Shown: positions 33,678-44,243 of the stretch, piece by piece
How positions within the stretch are numbered: the stretch's first letter is position 1
Layout of the letters: each line of letters begins with the position of its first letter
DNA from: Calditrichia bacterium
GTDB taxonomy: Bacteria; Calditrichota; Calditrichia; JAJRVZ01
Assembly: GCA_963796965.1 (NCBI GenBank)
Contig: CAWCNS010000005.1
Coordinates: forward strand, 32,001-96,000
Direction of reading: 5' to 3'
Length of the DNA: 64,000 nt
Position numbers and translations under genes: made by a program
Notes under the pieces: model-generated
What the model was told of the DNA's origin: nothing
The model's database searches: none
The model's input: only the letters and a program-made list of their open reading frames with translations

Positions 33678-35495
33678 TTGGATAATACGATGGCTAAAGC
33701 ACAAGATTGGAAAACAGCCAAAAAACTTCGCAAAGAAAAAATTGTTGAAATAAAGGCACCCTCGGGCGCGGTAATGTTGAAGGAACTACCGGCAACAGCT
33801 ATCTGCGGTAATGATATCAGTTCTTCCTGTTTGTACGTGTCCGCGCTATCGATTATTTACGCCGGGAAGTATGCATGGATTGCACTTTTAATGGTCGCCG
33901 GCGTTCTTTTTCTGTTCCGGAAGATCTATGGTGAGGTTGTTGGTGCATTACCGTTGAATGGTGGCGCATATAATGCTTTACTCAACACGACCAGTAAATC
34001 TATAGCCTCTCTCGCCGCTGCGCTTACTCTTTTGTCATACATGGCAACTGCCGTAATCTCTGCCAGCGAAGCGATGCATTATGTACATGCATTGTGGTAT
34101 GGATTGCCCGTTATTGAGACAACAATTGTACTACTGGCATTTTTTATGGTTTTGACCATCATTGGTATTGGAGAATCATCCAGGGTTGCGGTGGTGATAT
34201 TCGTTACTCATTTAGTATCCCTGACTGTTCTGGTATTTGCGGTGGGTTTATATATCACCCAAAATGGATTTGGTGTTCTCGAAGCCAATTATCGCTTGCC
34301 GGTTGAAGGTGGATTGGTGATGGCGTTATTTTTCGGGTTTTCAGCAGCCATGCTTGGCATTTCCGGATTCGAGAGTTCGGCAAATTTTGTGGAAGAACAA
34401 GCGCAGGGAGTCTTTCCCAAGACGCTTCGAAATATGTGGATTGTTGTTAGCATTTTTAATCCACTTATCGCTTTTTCAGCCCTGGCCATCGTACCCATCG
34501 CTGATGTAGCAGTAAATCAGGAAGCTTTGCTTGCACATATGGGTGAGATTTCTGGAGGTACCTGGCTTTCATGGTTTATCTCGATTGATGCCGCTTTTGT
34601 TCTAAGCGGCGCCGTCCTCACGTCCTTTGTTGGGGTTGGTGGTCTTATACAACGGATGGCTTTGGATCGGACGCTTCCCCAGTTTTTACTTAAATTGAAT
34701 AAAAGGAAATCAGCCCACCGGATAATGATTGCATTTTTTCTTCTTTGTGTCTCAATTTTATTGATTACGCAGGGAAAACTTGGGGCATTAGCGGGCGTTT
34801 ATACAATTTCATTTCTGTCGGTAATGGTTTTGTTCGGTTTAGGAAACATCCTGCTTAAAGTCAAGCGGGCCCGCCTACCCAGGCCTGAAAGAGCTGGTGG
34901 TATTGCTTTGTTAATTGCGATAACTGCAGTACTGGCAGCGCTTGTAGGAAATGCCATTCTTAATCCCGTGTATCTTGGCGTTTTTCTGGAATACTTTATC
35001 CCCACCATTGGCATTGTTGCTGTGATGCTTTATCGCACAACCATACTTAAGGGTTTACTATACCTATTAAAACACATTTCCGACAAACTACAGTCTATAG
35101 TCTCATTTGGGAACCAGACGTTGATTAAAATGATCAATGATATCAATAAGCAGGAATTTGTATTTTTCACAAAAGATGATAATGTGTCCGTTTTAAATAA
35201 AGTAATGATCTATGTAACTGAAAATGAGCAAACCCGAAAGTTGAAGATAGTAACTATTCTGCCGGAAGATGCTTCAGTAAGTGCGGGTCTCGAACGGGAT
35301 ATTGAGGTTCTTGATCGTGCTTATCCCGATATCAAAATCGAATTTGTGAAAATGCAGGGCGAATTCGGGCCTAAATTAATTGCAAAGCTATCTAAAGAAT
35401 GGAAAATTCCACCCAACTTTATGTTCATAGGATCACCCGGGGATCATTTTCCTTACAAATTAGCTGATCTCGGTGGCGTTCGATTAATCATTTAG
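33678..35495 (+). CDS. APC-family amino acid permease with cytoplasmic C-terminal domain
   Basis: ATAICGNDISSSCLYV, PLNGGAY and GISGFESSANFVEE; about 12 TM segments. Confidence 0.9.
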   Translation: MDNTMAKAQDWKTAKKLRKEKIVEIKAPSGAVMLKELPATAICGNDISSSCLYVSALSIIYAGKYAWIALLMVAGVLFLFRKIYGEVVGALPLNGGAYNALLNTTSKSIASLAAALTLLSYMATAVISASEAMHYVHALWYGLPVIETTIVLLAFFMVLTIIGIGESSRVAVVIFVTHLVSLTVLVFAVGLYITQNGFGVLEANYRLPVEGGLVMALFFGFSAAMLGISGFESSANFVEEQAQGVFPKTLRNMWIVVSIFNPLIAFSALAIVPIADVAVNQEALLAHMGEISGGTWLSWFISIDAAFVLSGAVLTSFVGVGGLIQRMALDRTLPQFLLKLNKRKSAHRIMIAFFLLCVSILLITQGKLGALAGVYTISFLSVMVLFGLGNILLKVKRARLPRPERAGGIALLIAITAVLAALVGNAILNPVYLGVFLEYFIPTIGIVAVMLYRTTILKGLLYLLKHISDKLQSIVSFGNQTLIKMINDINKQEFVFFTKDDNVSVLNKVMIYVTENEQTRKLKIVTILPEDASVSAGLERDIEVLDRAYPDIKIEFVKMQGEFGPKLIAKLSKEWKIPPNFMFIGSPGDHFPYKLADLGGVRLII

Positions 35496-35834
35496 TATAC
35501 GTGTGCGAACAAAAGATTGAAAGAAGGAGGGAAAATACTCACCATACTTTCGGTACTATTCATCGTGAGACCTGTTTAGTTCCCTTGACGTTAGTCAGCA
35601 AATCATCATGAGATCGTCCGTTTGATTTTTCTTAACAGATCATGAAATACATTGAAGTTATCTTTGAATTTATTAATATCATTTAAATCGGATATGTTCA
35701 ATAAATATTAATAATACCTGAAATCAAAGTGCTCGTCTTATAACTAATATTAAAAATAAACTAAAATAGAAATTTTTGTGGGATGCACTGGAAAAACGGG
35801 GAAGCGATTACAAAGTTTTAAAGGAATTTAGAAA

Positions 35835-37292
35835 TTGCCCTATACAAATTCGGATGAACATCAGACTGATTATTCCCGCAAGTGGTATATTCTTTTTTCT
35901 GTGGGCATGGGTGTGTTTTTGGCGACGATCGACGCCAGCATCGTCAATATCGCATTACCAACGCTTGTAAAGACATTTGATACCAAGTTTGCTGTGGTGC
36001 AGTGGGTAGCCTTATCCTACATGCTGACCATCGCCACACTTATCCTAAGCATGGGCCGGCTTGGCGATTTAAAAGGCAAAAAGGGTATTTACCTCAGCGG
36101 GATGATTATTTTTACTCTCGGTTCGATTCTGTGCGGGCTTTCGCAAACCGTTTACTGGTTGATTTTTTTCAGGATTGTACAAGGTGTCGGCGCTGCCATG
36201 ATGGCTTCTCTCGGCACAGCGATGGTTACCGAGGCCTTTCCGGGCAGGGAACGAGGCAAAGCCCTGGGCACGATTGGCGGAATTGTAGCAATCGGAATCA
36301 TTTCCGGTCCGGTACTGGGTGGGATTCTGATTGACGCCATCTCCTGGCACTGGATATTTTTTGTAAATATTCCGATTGGTATTCTAGGCTCGTTTATGGT
36401 GCTACGATTTGTCCCTGTTTCAAAGGTGGTTAAGGAACAAAGTTTTGATTTTGCCGGCGCTGCAACCATGTTCATTAGTGTCTTATCCTTCCTGCTAACC
36501 CTGACCCTGGGACAGAATATGGGCTTCCGCCACCCTATCATTATCCTGCTGTTTGCTGTTTGGATCGCATCATTTATTTTCTTTTTATACCTGGAACTGC
36601 AAGTTCAGCATCCGATGATCGATTTGCATATTTTCCGCAATAGCCTGTTCAGTTTGAATCTGTTCACCGGTTTTCTCTCATTTATCGCCACAGCGGGTGT
36701 GGTACTGCTGATGCCTTTTTACCTGGAAAATGTTTTGGGTTATAATCCGCACCAGGTAGGATTTTTATTAGCAACTGTGCCCATATCTGCAGGTCTGGCC
36801 AGCCCGGTTGCGGGGACGATGTCCGACCGCTATGGCTCGCGCTTAATTTCAACGTTGGGATTGGCTGTTTTAGCTAGTGGTTTTTACAGTCTAACTACCC
36901 TGAATGAGGATACGGCGGCGTTAGGTTATATTTTGCGATTTTTGCCCGTTGGGCTGGGGTTGGGTATTTTTCAGTCGTCCAATAACAGCGCCATTATGGG
37001 TGCGGCACCCAAAAAGTACCTTGGCATTGTGTCCGGACTATTATCAATATCACGCACGCTGGGGCAAACCTCCGGGATAGCGGTCATTGGTGCTTTCTGG
37101 GCGGCGCGCGTTTCGTTTTATGCCGGAAACGATTTTATAGTTGGTCCCACGCGCAGCAATATAACTGCACAGGTGCATGGTTTGCAAGATGCGCTAAGCG
37201 CAATCGTTATTATAGTCGCTTTCGGACTTTTTTTAAATATCTGGGGCCTGATGTTGGAGTGGATGCGCAAAAGTTCTATGAAAAAATCATGA
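35835..37292 (+). CDS. MFS drug efflux transporter, DHA2 (EmrB/QacA) type
   Basis: ATIDASIVNIALP, GRLGDLKGKK, GPVLGG...WHWIFFVNIPIG. Confidence 0.92.
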   Translation: MPYTNSDEHQTDYSRKWYILFSVGMGVFLATIDASIVNIALPTLVKTFDTKFAVVQWVALSYMLTIATLILSMGRLGDLKGKKGIYLSGMIIFTLGSILCGLSQTVYWLIFFRIVQGVGAAMMASLGTAMVTEAFPGRERGKALGTIGGIVAIGIISGPVLGGILIDAISWHWIFFVNIPIGILGSFMVLRFVPVSKVVKEQSFDFAGAATMFISVLSFLLTLTLGQNMGFRHPIIILLFAVWIASFIFFLYLELQVQHPMIDLHIFRNSLFSLNLFTGFLSFIATAGVVLLMPFYLENVLGYNPHQVGFLLATVPISAGLASPVAGTMSDRYGSRLISTLGLAVLASGFYSLTTLNEDTAALGYILRFLPVGLGLGIFQSSNNSAIMGAAPKKYLGIVSGLLSISRTLGQTSGIAVIGAFWAARVSFYAGNDFIVGPTRSNITAQVHGLQDALSAIVIIVAFGLFLNIWGLMLEWMRKSSMKKS

Positions 37293-37990
37293 ATCAATTA
37301 CCTTCAAATACTAAAATCTGCCAAATTTGTGGTAAAAGCTTTAAAAAATCCGAACTTTTTCCAGCAGAACTGGTCCGCGATACAGTGCTCAGAAAAATTA
37401 AAACCGAATTTCCCGGATGGTCGGAAAAAGAATATATTTGCCAGGACGATTTAAACCGATTCCGGACAAAATATGTAAATTCTCTGCTCCAGGATGAAAT
37501 GGGTGAGATTACGAAACTGGAAGAGGAAGTCTCTGAAAAGCTTCTCAAACATGAAACCTTGTCTTTAAATATTTTTGATGAATCTCTAAAAGACCGGACA
37601 ATTGGGCAAATTATGGCTGATCAAATGGCAGCTATCGGTGGCAGTTGGGGTTTTATTATTGGTTTTGCTTTTTTCCTAATGGCCTGGATGCTTATCAATT
37701 CGTACCTGTTATTAGCCAAACCTTTCGATCCCTATCCCTTCATTCTGTTAAACCTGGTTTTGTCCACCCTGGCAGCTATTCAGGCGCCCGTCATTATCAT
37801 GAGTCAGCGCCGGCAGGAGATTAGAGACCGGCTGCGGGCGGAGAATGACTACAGGGTTAACCTGAAAGCGGAACTGGAAATCCGACAGCTTCATGAAAAA
37901 TTGGACCATATTTTGTTAAGCCAATGGAAGCGACTGATTGAAATTCAGGAAATTCAGATTGAAGTGATGAACGAGTTGAAAAAGAAATAA
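37289..37990 (+). CDS. DUF1003 membrane protein
   Basis: GGSWGFI and FDPYPFILLNLVLSTLAAIQAPVIIMSQ. ATGA overlap with the MFS stop. Confidence 0.9.
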   Translation: MNQLPSNTKICQICGKSFKKSELFPAELVRDTVLRKIKTEFPGWSEKEYICQDDLNRFRTKYVNSLLQDEMGEITKLEEEVSEKLLKHETLSLNIFDESLKDRTIGQIMADQMAAIGGSWGFIIGFAFFLMAWMLINSYLLLAKPFDPYPFILLNLVLSTLAAIQAPVIIMSQRRQEIRDRLRAENDYRVNLKAELEIRQLHEKLDHILLSQWKRLIEIQEIQIEVMNELKKK

Positions 37991-38021
37991 TCAAACTTAC
38001 TGTATGGGAGGATAATAAATT

Positions 38022-39086
38022 ATGGCAAGATTTTTTAAAAGCAGAGAAGCAAACAAGGGCCTCGCACCCGGCTCATTGGTCTTTATAGGCAATAAAAAAT
38101 TGGAGAATATCCGAATCAGACTAATTGATTTTGATAAGGATAATCTCAATGAACAAGAGTTAAAAGATATTGCGGAGGGAGGGAAATATAGGGATACCAA
38201 TACGGTTACCTGGATTAATATCGATGGACTCCACGACCCTGATCATATCAGTAAAATTGGAAAAACCTTTGATCTTCATACATTGCTGTTAGAAGATATT
38301 TTAAACACCGGGCAACGTCCGAAAATGGAAGAGTTCGATAATTGTCTCTTCATTGTATTAAAAATGCTTCAGTATGATGACGAGAAACAGATCATTATTG
38401 CAGAACAGCTCTCTTTGATAATAAGTCACACATTTTTAATAACTTTTCAGGAACGGGTTGGTGATGTGTTCGAACCTGTAAGGGATAGAATCAGAAAGCA
38501 AAAAGGTAGAATCAGAGAGGTAGGAATAGACTATTTAGCCTATGCCTTATTAGATACGGTAGTGGATAACTACCTTTATCTCATCTCAGAAATTGGTGAA
38601 AAGATTGAAGACATCGAAGTTGGAATTTTAGAAGACACGTCTGAAAATACGCTGGAAAAAATAAATAATTATAAACGCGAAATGAGTTATATCCGAAAAT
38701 CACTCAGACCAACAAAGGATTTTATTTCTATGTTGTGCAGATTGGAATCGGAGTATATTCGGGATGAAACGAAGCCCTTCTTGAACGATTTGCTAGATCT
38801 CATTACCCAGGCTACAGAAGCAATTGACATGTATAGAGAAATGCTCTCCGATCAATTGAATATTTTCAACAGCAACGTCAGCAATAAGATGAATGACGTT
38901 ATGAAAATACTTACGATATTCGCAGCAATCTTCATTCCCTTAACATTCATAGCAGGGATTTATGGCACCAATTTTGAGTATCTACCTGAGTTACATTTTA
39001 AATATAGTTACTTTATATTTTGGGGGGTTATGGTCACTGTCGCAATCAGCATGCTTTTATTTTTCAAGAGAAAAGGCTGGTTGTGA
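38022..39086 (+). CDS. corA: Magnesium/cobalt transporter CorA
   Basis: WINIDGLHD, EDILNTGQRPK and FIPLTFIAGIYGTNF (GTN in place of the usual GMN). Confidence 0.93.
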   Translation: MARFFKSREANKGLAPGSLVFIGNKKLENIRIRLIDFDKDNLNEQELKDIAEGGKYRDTNTVTWINIDGLHDPDHISKIGKTFDLHTLLLEDILNTGQRPKMEEFDNCLFIVLKMLQYDDEKQIIIAEQLSLIISHTFLITFQERVGDVFEPVRDRIRKQKGRIREVGIDYLAYALLDTVVDNYLYLISEIGEKIEDIEVGILEDTSENTLEKINNYKREMSYIRKSLRPTKDFISMLCRLESEYIRDETKPFLNDLLDLITQATEAIDMYREMLSDQLNIFNSNVSNKMNDVMKILTIFAAIFIPLTFIAGIYGTNFEYLPELHFKYSYFIFWGVMVTVAISMLLFFKRKGWL

Positions 39087-39139
39087 TTAGGAGATATTTT
39101 GTTCTTTTATAAGTATCTGTTACTAGTATCAGATTTGGG

Positions 39140-39290
39140 AAAGCGAACTTCGTATCAGTATAAACCGAACCTCGGATAGGAGTAGACCGAACCTCGGTTT
39201 AGGGGCAACCGAAGTTCGGTTTAAACCACACCGAAGTTCATTTTCTATCATACCGGGGTTCAAATTATAGCAAACCGAGTACTCGGTTTA
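39140..39290. repeat. Degenerate tandem array, 7 units with a 22-bp period; palindromic core AAACCGAANNTCGGTTT plus 5-bp variable linker
   Basis: CCGA-type cores at 39143, 39165, 39187, 39209, 39231, 39253 and 39275. Confidence 0.85.
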
Positions 39291-39325
39291 TTGATTATTA
39301 TTATAGTAATAAAAATACCAATAGT

Positions 39326-41748
39326 TTAATCCAATGCATTCTGAGACATCTCACGGATGGCCTGTTCAACACTTTCTGGAACAATTGTTTCAGTTTTCCT
39401 TACTTTATCGGTGGACACCGTAACCCTTAACGCTCGCAATCCCTGTACACCCTGCAGATCCTGTAGTCAACATCTTCAACTTCGTCGTCAATATAACCAC
39501 CGTTCTGCAGATAATTGATAAATTCACGATATTCATAGGCATCTTTTGTATGGGAATAGACAATGGCAATTTTTCCTGGTTGCGTCAGTCGTTCATCACT
39601 CGATTTTATCAGCGCCTTGTCGATACGCTTTTTCACAATCTCATATTTTACATTATAGGCACCGTTCACATCAAATCGCTTTTCATCAAAGCGAAATTGT
39701 ATCGAAATCGGGGTGCTCTGAACCAGAATCAGATGAGCGGTTTCCAAGGGCATTTTTAACTCATCCTTTAAAGTATTAGATTTTTCAATGATGCCACACA
39801 TCAGGATCAATTGCCACAAACGTAAATTTTTCAAATAAATGGGATTAAAATCCCGATTTTCCACAAGCGAAGCACCGATGTAAATATTATAATCGACACC
39901 ATCCGTTTTATATTTTTCAAAATAATGAGGGAACATTTCCTGCGCCTTATCTTCTTCACTATCGATAAATGCGGAGATCGTGTCATTTATCCGGGCAACA
40001 CTTTCTTCGAAATCCTTACGTTTGTTATAGACAAAACCTAGATTGGGATCTAACGCGTCACAATATTTTTTTATTTTCTTTTGTACCTTGATATCATATT
40101 CCTGAAGGTGGTCAAATAAGGGTTCAATTTCGTTGTGCAGAAAATCCAGCACCAGCCTCTCTTCATCCGCGTTTAATGCCTGTGAAATTTCAGACTGATA
40201 ACTGCCAATACGATAAATCAGCTCTTCAAATATGGGCATAGGCTTTATCTGCTTTGCCTGTTGGATAACGTTCTTAGCCAGATTTAAGTGCTCAATCAGA
40301 TCTTCCTGGATAACGTGATTTCGTGTGGTAGAAGAACCGCGAATATCGGACAATCCATACAGGGAATAAACATCATCAAAAACGATCGGTTCCATCTCGG
40401 CAAAGCCGCCGGCGGATTCTTTCTGAATTTTATTGAAGGCCGCGTTACGAAAACGCCATTCCACTGACGGATGTATTGCTGTGGCTTCTTCCCTGATAAT
40501 GTTCTGGAGGCGATTTGATAATGCCTCCATATGTCTTCTCATCGCCAACACGAACAGCGGCATCAAACTCTCTAGTTTGAGCATATTAATTCCGTTTATT
40601 ACAGCAGGTTTTTTCGCTGCCAATTCAACAAGACCTAACAGTTGGTTCTCATAGATCAGGGGAAATAGAGCAATATTTAAAAATCCGTTATCTACTAGTT
40701 TTTCCTCAATACTGGTGCGGTTGTCGTATTTGGCTATATCGAGAACAACTACCGGCTCCTGGCTGTCTATCATACGTCCGTAAATAGATTTCTGAAAATT
40801 GTTGGGACAATATTCTTCTGTAAGACTTAATAAAAGGCTACGTCCTGTTGCAAGTCCACAATCATGTAGCAGATCCTTTCCCCCTCTTATGCTAGAAAAA
40901 CCTATCTCCAATTCGGGTAGACGAAACAATGAGCGCATTTTCTGCTGCAGACTATCAAATACCGTGTCCGATCTCAAAACATCATTTTTACTCATTTCGT
41001 ATTTTAACTGAGATAATAATTCGCCGTCCGTAACGTCGATGGCTTTATAGAGGCCAAAACCCTGAAATTCGAAATTTTCTATGGGGATGATCTTTTGCCA
41101 CACGTCTAAATTTGTCAAATTATCATGAAGATCCTTTTTCTCTTCATTTGTCAGTGGTTTTACTTTTTTCAGATTTCTGATTTCAATAAATTGGGGATCG
41201 ACTTCGACTTTATAATACCTGTCTAAACCAGTGATCTGATCCTCAAAATGAATAATCCAGGGAAAATCAAAATCTATATCGATGTTATAAAAACGCTGTA
41301 ATATCTTTCTATAAGCATAAAGCATGACAACCAGATACTTTTTTTCATCTTCCGGTTTTTTCTGGTTTTTGTTACATTCCTGAATATAGTCAAAAAGCTG
41401 GCGGTAAGCGGGTGTGGCATAGATAGTCTGCTGGGTAAAGGGAATAAAAGCAGCGGCAACTTCACTTTTTTGCAGTGCTGGCGGAAAAATAACCGTCATC
41501 AATAACTCAATAAGATCTTTGTGTTTTTCAAGGATTTTTAGGTCATTAATAGGTTTTAGTAATTCCGGGGCCTCCTCTAGCTGCGCCCTAACAGTGCTGG
41601 CATACATTTTACTCAGCGCCTTATTGGTAAGGATTTCTTTCTGCCAAAATTCAACCAGCAGCCGCAGATTTAGCATGCTTTTAATTGGAAACGAAAATTC
41701 TTTATTAACCTTGTCACTCTTGGATTTATTTGTTGATGTATTATTCAT
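39326..41748 (-). CDS. GAF-domain protein of the Bacteroidota-type large family (frameshift near 39465)
   Basis: GAF segment PLIYENQLLGLVELA, TAIHPSVEWRF, YFEKYKTDGVDY and GAYNVKYEIVKKRIDKA. The shifted frame gives LQDLQGVQGLRALRV to TAA at 39326. Confidence 0.82.
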
Positions 41749-41770
41749 TTATTCCTCGAATTTGTTTTTT

Positions 41771-41800
41771 TATCGACGCGATTAATCGCGTCGATACTAC
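41771..41800. repeat. GTAG-type REP palindrome
   Basis: Perfect 26-bp palindrome TATCGACGCGATTAATCGCGTCGATA followed by CTAC (GTAG on the minus strand). Confidence 0.7.
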
Positions 41801-41998
41801 AAATTAATTTCTGAAATTATGTATATATGTTATACTAACGTAACTTAGGGCCAATAATGTTCCCGATTTCAGGAAAACCATGTAAGAAATTTTTAATATT
41901 TCCGGCAATACCCTGTACATATTCTGATGCAGATTTTAACTAATAAGTGAAAATATTTCAGAATTCCCCAAAAAGCTGTACACAATCTCGAAGTCTGA

Positions 41999-44214
41999 TT
42001 AGTCTCCTTCAATAAGGATCCAAATTTGGCCGTGTGATTCCACTTCAACAGGCAGGGTGATCTGATATTTGCGGTTTAACGGGTAGGGAGCCGGTTTACC
42101 ATTCATTATCCGGATGTTCGCCTGATCTGTTAATCCGGTATAATAAAGAGGAAGGGTAATATATCTATTGATCTTTTTCTCTGTGGGATTGTAGATCATC
42201 GCCAGACCCTTTGTGGTCAAATCGGGATTGACATGCAGGATACAATCCAGATCCCTTCCATCCGGGCGACGGACATGAATGATGTCGGAATCAAGAATTG
42301 GGCGGTGCCTTTTGTAAAAATCCACCCATTTTTTTACGATCTTTTTAGTTTCCGGTGTGTCATAGAGACGGGGACCCCGGTAACAGGCTTGCACGCCTGC
42401 TCCAAACAGATTGGCCAGCCGTTGCTCATAATGATTGAGATGTTCATGAAGCGGTTCGATCGTTGCCGCGGCACCCCCCCATGATATTGGGTTAAGGGGA
42501 CGAACATCCAACCCATAGAAGGCGTTTTATCCCAGGTTCCATCGTAAATATTCTGTCGCTCGATGATCTCTTGCTGTTGGCGCGGAAGCGACCAGTTGGT
42601 CTCCCTGTACCCCATTCCCGTCTTATTACTTCCGTTCAGGAAATACCAGTCCGGTACATTTAAATAAATACCTTTCGAGCGACACCAGCGGTAAAAATCA
42701 CGGATTTTTACAAATTGGGTCCACTGTGAATCCTCTAATCCCCGATGCCCGGGATGATTGGCAGAAATGCAGATATCTCCGGGATAAGATCCGTCATGTT
42801 CCAGAATATCCATTCCTGTAGTTTCAAAAAATTGATAGAGTTTTCTGAAATAATCCCGTCCCCAATCACTCTCCAGGCACGGAGAATGACCAAACCGCGG
42901 TTCTTTCCCAGGAGGCATTTCCACATCATTTCCACCACCTACTTTGCGGCTGGCCAGCAAAGAATATCCACCCAGCGCAATGTTTTTCTGATGTGCATAA
43001 TCGGTCCATTTTTTTAATCTTTGCAGATTCTTTGCACTCTCATCTTCTATATTAAATCCACTTCCAAAGGTTAGAATAACCATTTCAAAACCGACTTCCG
43101 CACATTGATCAATGGCCCGTTTTATCGATTCGTCATCTGACTGCCGGACATGCATCAGAATAGGATTTTCGGTTATCCAGGGTGCAATGGTGCGGTACAT
43201 GCGTCGAACGGCGAGGCCTTTTCTTTCACGATCCCAGTTGTCATGAAGCAGCTCGAATACCCGGAAGGATTCCAATGAATCCCCGGGTGCTAGTTCCTGA
43301 GCCGGTCCGTATTGTGGCCGGCATTCCAGAAGATAAGGTGATTGGCGCTGGTAATTAACTTGCGTCATATATTTAGGATCCGTATTCCAGAAGACACTTT
43401 TACCCAGACAGCTTTCATTTGACATACCGCTGGCAAAGGCATAGTCTGTTTCAACGGTCATGTTGGGTAACCGCCAGTTCTTGGGGACACTAACCGGGCT
43501 TTCCGGTTCCACGACTGCCAGGATCTCGTTTTTAAACTGATTGATCATGATGCTCTGATTGGAATAATTATAAATGGTCATCATTTTGGAGATCAAGGGC
43601 AGGCCATCATAAATCTCATAAATCACATCAATGGATATACCGGTCAGGTATTCGAGATTTGCTTTGTTTTTACTGACTTCTCCCGCATGAATACTAGTGA
43701 TCGTCTCTTGGTCGGCTTTGAAATGAAGGGTGAATGACTTTCCCGCTGGCGGCCAGGGCAGATCTTTTGGTAACCAGTTCATTCGTTTTTTCCAGGAAAA
43801 TTGTTTTTTTATAGGGCCTCTGCTGTATTGGGTGAATTTGAATGAAGCAGGGTCAACAGCCAGGCTATCCAACCATTGGGGAAGAATATAATTATGCACC
43901 GCTTGTCCGGTTAATCCGCCAATATCAAATTTCATCCCGTCAATTTCCACGGCTGCTTCCGGCCGGATAGATCGGACAAATTCTTCTCTGCTAATCAGAT
44001 GTTTGAGGCTGACAGTAGCAGCATTCGGTTTAATAGTGATTCGACGATTAAGTAAGCCGTTCCCAATATCAACAGAGGATTGATCGTCATTGATTGTTAC
44101 ATATGACGTATAGCGATCAGGATATATAAGCCAGTCTGGATTTGTGTTGCCTGCAAATGTCTGGCCGGTGGTGATACAGGCGATGATTATGATGAACAGG
44201 GAATAATAGTACAT
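41999..44214 (-). CDS. Alpha-galactosidase-like glycoside hydrolase (GH36/clan D-like; frameshift near 42475)
   Basis: Signal peptide, APWITENP, GFEMVILTFGSG, EHDGSYPGD and GYRETNWSLPR. Confidence 0.75.
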
Positions 44215-44243
44215 ATGGGTTTACCTTATTATTTATTTTATAT

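Noticed and set aside
35590..35700. Possible SpoIIE/PP2C C-terminal remnant on the minus strand (NQTDDLMMIC)
   Set aside because: The match is too short to support by eye.
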